Below are positions 11,112 to 22,883 of a stretch of 64,000 nt of DNA, in pieces (positions within the stretch are counted from its first letter, which is position 1; each line of letters opens with the position of its first letter). Where the stretch lies: the NCBI GenBank assembly GCA_905178155.1, contig CAJINV010000013.1:2422281-2486280 (forward strand), written 5' to 3'. Made by a program: the position numbers and the translations under genes. The notes below the pieces were generated by a model, which had not been told where the DNA came from, ran no database searches, and saw nothing but the letters and a program-made list of their open reading frames with translations. Source of the stretch: Amoebophrya sp. A120 (Eukaryota > Protista > Dinoflagellata).

Positions 11112-13650
11112 ATGCCGTCGTCTAGTATTTCCGGCGCAAAAAATGCAGCCGCACCGCAGGGTGATTCACCCGCAACACCCCTCCCCCCGCTCGCCGCGTT
11201 CGCGACCACCCACTGCGACTACCGAGCGGCCTACATTCCGCTGTTTCTCCAAAACCTCGGAAACGAATGGCACCCGGAGACGAACCCGGACGGCAAGGTT
11301 GCGCTGTGCGTCGCGGAGAACAAACTGATGGAGGCCAATTTGCAAGACCGGATTGCGGAAGTGTCGCTCGGGAAGATCATGACGAAGCTGCAGAAAGATG
11401 CGGAGAAAAGGCAACGCAAGAACTTTTATCTCTGCGGTTTTGGCGGATGCTCTTCGTCCTCCAAAGAAACTTCTGCTTCTGACACCGTTTTGAAAACGAA
11501 AACTGGCGACTCAACCACGGACGATGCCGTTTTGTACCACATGCCGAGCTCCATGCTGCATTACCACAATTTTTCCGGATCGGAGGCCATTCGGGCGGCG
11601 TTTGCGACTGTGCTTGAAAAGTACGTTTTCAACACCGCCTTGGAATTGATCTCAACGCTACCGACAAGTATGAAAGTCGATCCCGACTGCCTTTCCATCA
11701 CGAACGGCTGTACTAGTTTGATCACCAGCTTGGCCCGAGTAATTTGTGAGCCCATCGAGGGACGAGACCAGGAGCCAGAAACGAAACCACCGAGGACCCA
11801 GGAATCCTCCACCGAAATTGACGATGTGCATCTTCTTGTTTCGAAGAAACGACGTCGAGATGCGGTGATGTACTTCACCCCCCGCTACCCAGGTTTCGCC
11901 ACGGACATTACCGGTTTCGGGCAGGTCGCAAGGGTTGGGGTTCCGCTGGCGTTCAAGAAGAAAAAAGCAATGGACAAGGAAGATATTAGTACAACAAACA
12001 ACATGGATAGTAGAACAAGCGACGATTGTTCTACTTCTCTACAAATAGAGTGCAGTCTTCCGTCCAACGAAACGCTGGACCAGTACTTTGAGGACGATTT
12101 CCCAATCGACAAGCAGCACAACGTATCCTGTGCAACAGTATCGTCCTCGTAGTATATTGCCATTGCAGTCATGATGCGACACAAATCTATCTCTCTACCT
12201 CATCTAGCATGACAAAGGGCGTTTTTTTTTTGAGAAAATTTGTAATGCTATCTGTGCTAGTGCTAGTTGTAGTCCTAGTGTAGTGCGATACAATTCTGCT
12301 GCAATGCATACAGCTGCAACTTGAAGGCCTTGCTTCTGTGCAGCCCGGACAACCCCACGGGGACGGTGTGGAAGCGCGAGGAGCTGGCAAGGATTGTGGC
12401 ATGGTGTCGGGCAAAACAAATCTATATCCAGCAAGAAACGCCCATCCCCATCCAGTTTCTGCATGGGAAGCGCTGGACTTGTTTGATGCATGCTTTGCAT
12501 GATAAGTTGGATGGGGATGCTGAGACTTTTTCTGTGGATAGTCTATCTGCTGTCCGACGAAATTTACGGCGCCTCGGTTTTCGAGGAAGTCGGCGAGCAG
12601 AGCGGCGGGGATGAGCGCAACAAGAACCGCGAAACCAAGCACCTCAGCTTGTGTAACGTGGCAGACTGCACGTTCTGGGGGCTCTCGAAGGACTTTGCGA
12701 GCAGCGGCTCCAGACTCGCCTGCGCGTACTTTCCGAAGCTGCACCAGGGTCGTTCGAAGCTGGGAGAGATGTTCCGAGAAGTGAACATGGTGAATTCTGT
12801 AGCGAAGTGAAAAAAATCACTCTGCTCCTCATATTCAAACATGGCGGATCTGCATACACAATCATACAGAATTTCTGTCTTGCAGGAAGGACAAGGACGA
12901 ACTGCAGCCAGATTGCTCTCAGTCCGTGCAGAGGCGGCGCCGTTAGGGGCTAGCGGTTTAGGATGGCAAGTTTGTTCCGTTTTCGATTTGGGGGGTCCCG
13001 CCGGGTGATTTTTCCTCACAATATTCCGTCGGGTGCATCACCGAGCACGTTTTCGCCGAGATCTTGGGGGATACGAGTTTTATGACGTCGCACCTGGGGA
13101 ACGTCCGGCAGTGGCTGAAAAAGCACTCGGATCTGGTGGTGCAAAAGTTGGAAAGTTTGAAGATCCCGTACTGCAAGCCCTCGGCGTGCGTCTTTCTCTG
13201 GTGCGACTTCTCCGAATTCGGCATCCCAGCATTGGCGTTGTTTCAGCTGCTGATGGACAATACCAAATGCAAACGAATATCATGTTGGGACTGGAATGAA
13301 AGTATTGCAGATGATCATGTTGTTCTTCCTCATGCTCATTTTGCATGATTCGCGACGTCTGTCGTGTTGCACTAGCAAGAGCATCACATCGAACTCGAAG
13401 TTAGTTCTTTCACGAATAAGTACCTCCTGCTGCTCCCAGACATGTCGATTTGCAATGCATAGACGAGTACGGTATTATGTTCACGCCTGGAAACGAATTT
13501 TACGACAAGAATGTTCCGCAGCAGGAAGAGGCGCGGGTCTCCGGTTGCTGGATGCGAATTTGTTATGTTGCCGCTGAAACAAGGGCACTGCAGCACGCGC
13601 TTGGAAAATTGGAGAAGTTTGTGTTGGATCAGCGCAGTAGACAGTCCTGA
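11112..13650 (+). CDS. PLP-dependent class I/II aminotransferase (ACC-synthase-like), 5 exons
   Basis: WHPETNPDGKVALCVAENKL, LLLCSPDNPTG, LLSDEIYG, WGLSKDFASSGSR (PLP Lys), PSACVFLWCDF, IMFTPG, WMRICY; four introners interrupt it. Alternative start 11049. Confidence 0.85.
12124..12310. mobile_element. Introner
   Basis: TATCCTGTGCA / TGCAATGCATA; flanks CAACG/CAGCT; frame restored before LKALLLCSPDNP. Confidence 0.7.
12425..12540. mobile_element. Introner (shortest here, 116 nt)
   Basis: TATCCA..CATCCCCATCCA / TGGATGGGGATG..TGGATA; flanks ATCTA/GTCTA; gives KQIYLLSDEIY. Confidence 0.85.
12800..13023. mobile_element. Introner, family C-like
   Basis: GTGAAAAAAATCAC / GTGATTTTTCCTCAC; flanks TTCTG/TTCCG; gives VNSVGCITEH. 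Confidence 0.75.
13261..13461. mobile_element. Introner, family A-like
   Basis: TACCAAATGCAAA / TTTGCAATGCATA; flanks GACAA/GACGA; gives LMD(E/K)YGIMFTPG. Confidence 0.8.
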
Positions 13651-14462
13651 ATAAGTAGTGCCCGCACCACCAGATTCTGGAAAATCGAACAGAATCCTAC
13701 ACACTGTCCCTCGGACGAAGAATGGGAATGGTACCCCTTCCCACTGAAACCTTTGCGCGGCGAAGCGATTTGTTCAGGGTAAAACTGAAATCCGCTGTGC
13801 AACACTAGATTCTTCTTTTGGAAGGTGAAAGTGTTGCGCGTCATTTTCCCGCCGCGTCGCAGATTGATTCGCGTGACTCATGGAGTGAGAGTTTCTACTG
13901 AGAGATAGTACTTACATGTAATCAATTGTAAGAAGCTACTAAAGCTGGCTCTCGGTGTGCAGCGGAGAGTAAATATGTTGCATATTGTACTAAGCATAGA
14001 AATCGTATCTGCATCAACGTCGACGAGCCGTTAGCGTCCTCGAAACGGAGATGCGGTCTTCTGCTTGCTTCACAATTCGTCCTAGTCTCTTCCGTTCGGT
14101 GCTCGCCGTCCGTTTCATGCGCCGGCCAGTATGATCACCTAACTTCGAATCGAAAGTCGATACGAGATATGAATACTTCTCGATTTTTATAGAAATGAAG
14201 CGTGTCAATTCAATAGATGAGAGAGTTGCGCATGTGCAGCAACGAGCGTTTTTCGGTAGAGAACCACTTTTCTACTAGAAAACCATTTGTCCACCACTAA
14301 TCCAAATTTTTATTGAAGCAGAGGCGGAGATGGAAGGTGGTTCAATGACAATGTAAAGCCTCTACGTAGTAAGTACTAGAAAAGAGCTGCAATCACGTCG
14401 AGGCTCCATTGACAAATCCGGGAGCACATCGCAAGTTCCGAAAAGTCCTCCACCTACCAAAC

Positions 14463-17400
14463 ATGAACAAGCACTATTCCACCGATACCGCCTCATCCCA
14501 GCGACACCACCGCGAAAGTGCGCGCGCGGCCGCAATCCGGAAGGCGGTCCAGCAGCACCTGTCTCCCGAGGCGGCGAAGAAGCGCGCCAAGGGGCACATT
14601 GAGCCGGAAATCGATGTGTCCTCCTTGAGGCAAGCGGCTGCCATGTACAAGGATGAGGTCTTCAAGGCGGCGCCAGACCGGAGTGCGAAGGTGCCGAGCA
14701 AGGGTGCAGCAGCCTCGCTGTTGAAACCGGGCGGAGGTGTCTCTCCTTCCTCCTCTCCAACAAAAAGAAGCGCCAGGAGCTCGTCGTCCAGTAGACCAAA
14801 AGCGAAGCTTGCGCCGATTAGCGCCACAGGACTTGGAGGGTCTTCTTCCTCGCTGCAGATGGGGAATAAGCGCGGCGGGGGAATCACGAATAAATCCACT
14901 GCTGCAATAAACACGTCGTCCTCCCGGAGTGAAGGCGTGCTTTCATCGTCTTCCGCCGTTGGAACTAAAACATATGTTGATAAAAGACAAGCTCCTACAA
15001 CATCAACCAACGTCAGCGTGAGCAGTACCAGTGCCCCCGCTGTCTCGCCGATAAAACAGCAGGGTGCGCTTATCGCCAACGCCTCCTCGGGGTCGCCGAG
15101 GCAGAAGAGCGCGGAGAGCCTGTTCGCGGAGTACAAAAAGAATTTGGAGGTCGGCAATTCTTCGTCGAGCACAAGCAGGTTTTTCCGTGGCGGAAGTAGT
15201 GCTTCGCCAGGAGCTCCTCTCGTTACCGGTCAGGCCCCAGCAACTATGTCAAGCCAGATAGCGTCTGCGATAGAGGAAGAACTGCAGGCGGTGGATCAGC
15301 AAGAGGCAGAGCAGAGCAACGCTCGATCACAGGAGCTGGCGGAAGAAGCGAAAACAGTCAAGACCACTATCGCGCAGGTAGAACAAGTTGTACTTGTGAA
15401 AATAAGGGACGAACTCTTATATCTTGCTCGAGTAGGATCTTCTTCTTCACGCGTTTGTATGCACGTTATTTTGATTTCTTCGGAAAATGGAACCTCAACC
15501 TTCATGATCTTCCTCTATCACGACCACTATCAGGTCGAGGCCTCGCTGCAGCGTTCCCTCCGCGAGTTCCAGGAGTCACGGTCCAAGCACGCGCTTTTGC
15601 AGGAGGAAAACGAAAAGACCAGGAAATTTTTGAAATCCAGCCAGACCCGGGTGATCACGGCCCAGGCCAAGATCTCGGCTTTGACCGACCGGAAGAAGCA
15701 TACGCGGGCGAAGCTGGAAGCCGAGTTGCAGGGCAGCGAACGGGAGTTCAAGAAGAAAGCGTTTAAGCTAAAGCAGAAACTGAGGGACTTGACGATGCAG
15801 CTGAAGCAGGGCGAAAAGAAACTCGCAGAGCAAACGGGCGTGCTCGTTGGTTCGGGCGCGGCGAGCGGCAGTACTTCATCTTCGCGGGTGTTGAACAATA
15901 AGACTGCGGCCTCTGCTGGTACCGTTTTTGCGGAGCAACAGCATTTAGCGGACACCGGCGTGCAGTCAGCGGCTGGCGCGATCGCACCAACGAACTCGGC
16001 AAGCAAGGACGCCGGCATCCAGCAGGTGGGCGAATTGCGGAGTGAGCTGGAAGAGATCGAGCACCAGAAGCAGGAGCTGCTTGGGCACCTGGAAAACCTG
16101 CAGGAGAAGCAGTCCGAACTGGAAGTGCAGAAGAAAAAACTGTGCGCCAAGTACCAGGTAAATGTGAGCGACGCAGACGCGAGATTTTCGGCGGGGGGGA
16201 AGAATTTGAGTAATTTTACACCAGGAGATAGAACAACGGGCGGAGCACTCAATCAACTTCTCTCAACTTCTGCTGGCGGACCTACAACTTCTTCAACCAA
16301 CGGTGCGTTGACCGCGCCGGTGGAAAAGAACAGTGGGGCAGCACTGATGTCCACAAACCTCAACGCCCTGCCCAGTAACTACAACCACCGGGAATTGGGT
16401 AGACAAGAGCTCCTCCAGACCGAAAAGCAGTTTCGGTTGATCACGAGCAGGATTCGCAGGGAGCAATCGAAATTGCTGCGGCTCGACCGCGAGTTTTCCC
16501 AACTGCACGACAAGGAGGTGCAGCAACAGAAGGACATCCGGAGCGAGCTGGAGATGCTGCTGAAGGAATTGAACGGAACTGGCTCCTCCGCATCATCTTC
16601 GTCCCCAGGAGCGGCCAACGCACAACAGGTTTCGGCGAACGTTGCCACTTGGAAGAAAACCATCAAGCAGATCGAGAAGGAGTTACAAGCGATGGTGACC
16701 GAGTTCGAAGTGAAGAAGAAAGTCCTACTCGCTTCTGTGAAAGACATCGAACACGACCTGGAGGTAGGCATCGCAAATTGTATTCTGTCTGGGCGGTCAC
16801 TTGACCTGTCATGACCAAAGACGCAGATCGACGACTCTTTCAAGAGCGAAAATGCGCATGTCTCCATTTAGCATGAAAGCCAGCTCTTCTCGCTCTTCTC
16901 TTTGCTCGACACGCATTCCTCTGCATGAGAAGCATTTTTTTTCCACCTCTACTGCTCGCCCAGAGGATCCAGATAGGTGCATTTGCGGTGGATACGTGGA
17001 AAGAAGGCACAACGTGAACGTCGTGAATCACAACGAAGCGGTGAAGAACCAGTCCATGATCCAGCTGCGGCTAGACCAGCTGTCTTCATTCGAAGCGCGA
17101 TTGGTCGGGCACGAAGAAACGCACAAGGCGAAGAAGGCGAAGCTCGAGAAGTGGTTAGTGGAAAATAAGATGGAGCTGCAGAAATACCTGGAAGAAAACC
17201 ACGACACGATAGTACAACTAGAGAGCACGAGAACCGCTGGTGCAGATGAACCTGGTGCGGCGGGTGCAGGCGGAGAACAAATCGATGATGACGTAGTTGT
17301 TCCCGAAGTGCAGGAGCAGCTCATGACCGATCTGGAAAACCTGCCGGTTGTTGGCTCTATGCGAACGCAGCTGATCAAGGAGAAGTACCAGTCCCTCGTG

Positions 17401-20400
17401 AACCACCTCGCAGAACTCGAAGCGGACGCGGCGGAGCAGACCTCGAAACGCGAGGAGGTCGTCCTGGAGATCGAGCTCAAGCTGGCCATATCAACTGCAA
17501 AGAAATATGTCTGGGTCTCGAAACCTGTGATGCTGAATGGTCATGATTGAGTACTACGCCTTGAAATGCAGTGACGCATGACAAATTTTCCAAACGCTTT
17601 CTCATGCCCAGCACGCATTACAAACTTCGACTGGCGAAAATTATGTGGCACTTTTGCTGCTTATGCCTATACAGATTTTTCAGGAATACGAGACCCGCAA
17701 TACAGGTTCAACCTTTCCAGACCCAGACATACATGCAGTGCATACGCCAGTCTGTTCAAGGAGCGGGAGGAGGCGAAAAAGCAGAAGGAAAAGCTGCAGG
17801 GCTTTCTCGCGAGCGTGACGAACGACACAACTGGAAGCAACATGATCGGGTCCTCGGCAGAAGTGGACGGCGACGCGGTCAAGCAGACGATCCACGAGTA
17901 CAAGTGGGTGAAGTCCTCGAATGTTTCCACGCAAAACAAGCTTTTCCAGCTGATCGAGCGAAACAGGAAGGAATTCATCCGGCTAGAAGAAATCTACCAA
18001 TCCCTGGACTCGGTCGAGTATCCAGCGCAAAAAAATCTAGCACAGTGAGTGTTGGTCGTTTCAACCTCAGGCAGAGCGTAACAAGCTGCATGCCATGACA
18101 GGAGTGGTGGTTGACTATTTCTATGACTTTAACTCACTTAAAGGAGCAACACGGGTGCTGGGTGGGCCACCAGCACGGGTAGATGCCAGATCTGGCGGTG
18201 GTTCCATCAATCCTTCGGACTGATTGGAGGAAATTCTTGGGGTACTAACTTACACGACAGCACTTTGCTGTCGGAGCACTCCAGTTGTTCCACGATGATG
18301 CACGTGCTGGCCTGCGTAGCGATGCAGTCCGATTTTTTGTCATGATGCGAAATTCCGCCTGCGCGGGCGCGGCTCGAGAGCGGACATGTCTGTGCACGAC
18401 TTTTGCGCTGCATACGGAGGATTCGATGAAGGTGCTGATCGAGTACTTAGACAAGCTGCAGAAATGCAAAATGCTGGTCGTCGAGAAGTTGGATTTCAAG
18501 GAAAAGCAGCTCCTGAAGCTGATGAACCCCGGGGAGCAGATCACGCCCGCTTCGGCCACGGCGGGGAGTAGGGGGTACAGGGTTTTGGAATTCATTTTCA
18601 TTCACCACTCGAGTAGTATCATGCGTGCAGTGGCCGCCCACTGTGGGGGCTACGACTCTTTTGCATGCCTTCGCGAGGTCTCTTCGCTCCACGAGGATCG
18701 ATCTGAAGCTGCACTCTCGTCACAAGCGACCAAAACGGAACACAGGACTTGATTTTACGAGAAGAAATTTCAATTTGATCAATTTTACAGCCGTGCCCGG
18801 TTCTCTTACCCCTCCGAAGCTGGCACCGCGGCGATTCTGCAGACGCAGGAAAGGGTCGAGAGCCTGCTCCGCAACTACGATCCAAAGGTGATTTGCTTTT
18901 TTTGGAACAGAAATACGAATGATCGCGTGAAGAATCCTTTCGTATTAGTTCTAGGTTCTTTATCAAGGAATCCGTGCTATAATCGGTACGCTTTCTTCTG
19001 TTTTCCCAAACCACTCAGGTGTTCCAGGATTCCGCTGAGTTGAAGAAGAATCTAGCCGCGAAGGAGAAAGACGCCTACACAGTGGAAAAGGAGTTGCAAA
19101 GGCTAGAGTCCTCGCACGCTCGGGACGTCGACTTGTACCGGCAGGGGTTGAGCGAGGTACAGACTTCGACTTTTTTGCAGTGCCCACCTTATGTAATGGC
19201 GCATCATGCTGTTGATTATTCAAAAACCGAATCAGAATCAGAATCAAAGCTGTCGTGAACAACACAACAACAAATGAACCAAAACAGGAAGAGACCACCC
19301 TGAACAAGGAGATCACCTCTTCCGAAGAACGGGTCGAGATCGAGCAGCAGCGAGCGGTCCAACTGAAGAAACAGGTGGAGAAGCTGGGCAAGCAGGTGGT
19401 GGAGCAAGAGGATCAGACCCTGGAGAAGGACCGGAAGTGCAAGTTTCTCCAGACGAAATTGAGCGAGTTGCGCAACCTCCTCTACGTGATCGAAGAAAAG
19501 GAAAGTACGGCAGCAACGGCGTCCAAGAAGAACTCGAAAAACACCACCAGTGGCGCGAGTGCGTCCAATGGTGGTGGAATCATTTTCCAGCAAAAAATCC
19601 AGCTTGGAGCAGGAGGCACTTCATCCGCCACATCGCCGTACGGTGGAGCCGGCGCTTCTACTTTCGTCGACCACCAGGAACTAAAAACCCTGAAGACTCT
19701 CCCGGAAGACATCCACTCCAGAATAGAAGAAATCACAAACGAGGTTCGCCGAAACAGTGCCAGCGCACTCGGCTCGCCCACGGAGGACGAGGAACAGCAG
19801 GACGAGGACATGGGCAAAACGCATGGGAAAAATGTCGCCAACAATACACAGACCAGCAGTAAAAAAGCCGCCACTTCTTCCAAGGAGAGAGAGAAGCAAG
19901 ACAACAGCGGTGATTCATCGTCGTCGCTAGTGTACCAGTACCAAGCCAACCAGCAGCCTTCGTCCGCGCGATCCTCAAACACCAGAGGCAGTGGTTTGAT
20001 AAACAGCGCAAGAACAGAGAATAACAACCCATTCAGTGCTCGAGTAGTTGGTGGCGGAGGTGGTGCGCCAGTCAGTACGCTGAACAGTCCGCGCGGCGTG
20101 CCTCCTTCCCTCGACAAAAATACAGCTCTTCAGAACAAGCTACCGTCGCTGGAAACCATCCAAACCCACTTCGGCAGGGAGCACCCGGCGTACCTGTTCT
20201 ACATGCACTTGCTCCCCCTGTTGAAGGGCATCGCGGTGATGCAGCTGCAGAAGAAGCAGAACCTGTGGCAGCCGCGCATCGTGTCCGTGTCGAACGTATC
20301 AAGAAGAAAAATCCCCCCTCCCCATATTGAAAAGATATGTCTCCGAAAATTTGTGTTGCTGATTTGAGGCCACAGATCACATTTGTCTTGCAAGGAAACA

Positions 20401-21543
20401 ACGGCAGAAGCTTCCGCCATATTATGGAAGCGATTTGTCACGCTGTTGGGCCTAAAGGGGAGCCGTTTTTCATGCTGAACAACTAGACCCATACGCCCCT
20501 ACCTAGCCTGGGGATCTGGCTGCAGTGGCTCTCTGCAATACAGCGCTGATTTGTGTACACAAGTCGAGCATTAGAAGTTCCGTTTTGCTATGGGGAGGGG
20601 GGATTTTTCCTTTCGATAGAACGACTACGGGCGGGTCCAGTTTCACAGCGAGGAAAAAATCGTCGCGGAGACCTTCCTATCAAACGCGAATATGTCATCT
20701 GGGTCCCGAAGAGTGCGAGGTTTGTCATGCTAGTCTGGCATAACTCTGCACTCTGTATTGCGTGGCCGCGAAGGGCTCCTCTTGACTGTCATGCAAAAAG
20801 GGAGTCTCTCATGCGGAATACGCAACTGAGAACCTCCACGGAAAAACTTTTCATGCTTGGCAGCGCATAGTTGCAGTGTACTCATTATTCCCTCCCTTGG
20901 ATCACAAGTTTCCAGGCCCAGACTCATATTTGCAATGCATACTTCCTCCGGACAAGGTCCTTAAAATCCGTGAACGTGCCGGATCCGATATCAAAAGGAA
21001 AAATCCCCCCGCCCCATACCGAAAACGAAATTTGTGATGCTGGATTTGAGTACACAAATCAGATTTGTCTTGCTGAAGAGGATTGCAGGCCCACATCAAG
21101 CCTGAGTAGAGAGGTTTTGGCCTAGCCGCTTAGCATGTATGAGAAACGTCTGCGCTGTAGGCCAAACAGCATCACAAACCGCCTGCATAATGCGGCGGAG
21201 CCTGTGGAGTTGCCTTCTTGCAGGACAGAGATCATTTGTGGTCGCAAATCAGCATTGCAAATTTTCTGCGGCGTACCTTTTCGATATGGGAAGGGGGAAT
21301 TTTTCCTCACAATATCCGACACTGAAACTCCTCCAGGACGTGGCCCGCGGGGTCGAGATCAAGTCGTCGCGGTCCAAGGCGTACCACCTGCACATCCTGC
21401 GGTTCGACGGGGACCCGGTCCGGCTGTCTGTGCCGACGATCACCACCTTTCACCTCTTGACCCAGGCATTCAAAATTCTGTGCGAGACGCCGAAGGAACA
21501 ACTAAGCTACTTTGCGGTCGTGCTGGGGCTCAAAAGTACGTGA
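14463..21543 (+). CDS. Large coiled-coil protein with possible C-terminal PH-like domain, ~11 exons
   Basis: Heptad-rich E/K/L/Q segments; GT-AG introns 15378-15533, 18575-18790, 18888-19018, 19157-19287; six introners; spliced C-terminus GIAVMQLQKKQNLWQPRIVSVSNDYGRVQF...FLRTRSLKSVNV...RLSVPTITTFHLLTQAF resembles a PH fold (inference). Confidence 0.65.
16765..16994. mobile_element. Introner, family A-like
   Basis: CATCGCAAAT..TCTGG / CCAGA..ATTTGCGGTGGATA; flanks GGAGG/CGTGG; gives DLEERRHN. Confidence 0.7.
17489..17744. mobile_element. Introner, family A
   Basis: TATCAACTGCA..ATGTCTGGGTCT / AGACCCAGACAT..TGCAGTGCATA; flanks GGCCA/CGCCA; gives KLASLFKE. Confidence 0.85.
18019..18414. mobile_element. 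Introner
   Basis: TATCCAGCGCAAAA / TTTTGCGCTGCATA; flanks TCGAG/CGGAG; gives DSVEDSMK. Confidence 0.85.
20297..20618. mobile_element. Introner, family C (TATC..GAAAAATCCCCCC TIR)
   Basis: Perfect TSD GAACG. Confidence 0.9.
20678..20941. mobile_element. Introner, family A-like
   Basis: Perfect TSD CTTCC; no GT-AG at any sliding register. Confidence 0.9.
20989..21314. mobile_element. Introner, family C, opposite orientation to 20297-20618
   Basis: Perfect TSD TCCGA; interior resembles the reverse complement of the 20297 copy. Confidence 0.9.
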
Positions 21544-22883
21544 GGCGTGTGGCCAAAAAGAATGCGCAACTCCAGCGGACTTCATATACGATTTTGTTCA
21601 TTGGTTGTGAGGACGCACTTGATGTGACGCCGTTACAGATTCATCTTTTTCAACCCCTGTTGCTAGAGCATGGCTTATTTCATCTTACTTTGGCTTTCGT
21701 TTATGCTCGTCTTTTTTCGCATCCAATTTCATCGATGCATGAACGCAAACCCACTAACTATAGCGAGGGACGCCCGACATCCTAGAAACCCAGGCTCCTC
21801 CTGCTGAGCACGTCGGTCCTCGAGCGACGCCGACGCGTCATATTAACTTCATGCTTTTACAACCACGCGGCCCAACATGTCCGAGGTAGGTTCATTCATG
21901 TAGATTTGCGGGGGTGTGTTCACCCGAAAGGTAAAGCAAAAAAAAGAAAGCGGAAGGGAGATCCCAGATGAATACACTTTTCTGCAGAGTTCCGGGTCCT
22001 TTCAATCCACGCACGAAAAAAGATTGAGAGCGGAGGAGTGTGAGATGTTCATGTAGACATGAAACCAAAAAAGCATTCCAAAATTTCAGCTAATTACTTG
22101 CTTACGACTTTTGATGCGTGCGCCAGTTGTGCAGCCGCACATCGCGATTGGTAGTGGTTTCTCGGGATTGTTATTGTCCAGAGGTCAGACCACCCATCAT
22201 GACTTGGGTATCGCTATCGACTTCTTTTGCGGCTACATTTCTGGCCCCATGATTCTTGGCCACTACACTTCATGAATTTCAGTCTTGGCGCCTTCAACTT
22301 CATCTTTCTTTGTCAGCACTGCTCGCCGGCGGTGATCAACCCGTTGGTTGTTGGAGCAATGCCCGTCGCAAGTTGGCTCTGCGGCTTGGCGCCCCCGCTA
22401 CCGTTCGCCCAGCATCATGTGATACCCCGCTCGCCTCGAGAACATCGCCTGTCGTTTCTATCTACCTGTCAGTCGCCGACCTTTGCCCGAGGCATGGCAC
22501 TGACCACTTGCGCTTGCTCCTTCTTCCCATTGTGACTAGTAGGGGTGGACTGCTTTTCACAACCCCGCTTTAATTATTACGTCGTGGACGTACACGACTT
22601 TTTGTTTTTCTAGAGTTTTACGAGAGTATTGGACGAGGTCACAGCGTCTTGGTGTCCTCCGCTGATTGATGATCAGAGGAAGCGGTGCTGGGAGAGAGCA
22701 GCGAGAGAAGAGGCACAAAGAAGTAGAATGAGGAGCAATTAGATGGTAGGAGGAAGTGAGAAGCTTGACGACGAAGAAGTACTTGACATCTTCAATGAGG
22801 TCGAGGAGCTCGTGATTTTTTCCTTAGATTGCCTATTCAATAATTAAGTATATTGATACGACAACTTCTCCATCCAAGTCCAA

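Noticed and set aside
12124-13461. Pseudogenes caused by frameshifts or stops in the fragmented ORFs
   Set aside because: Breaks coincide with TIR elements whose removal restores intact conserved motifs.
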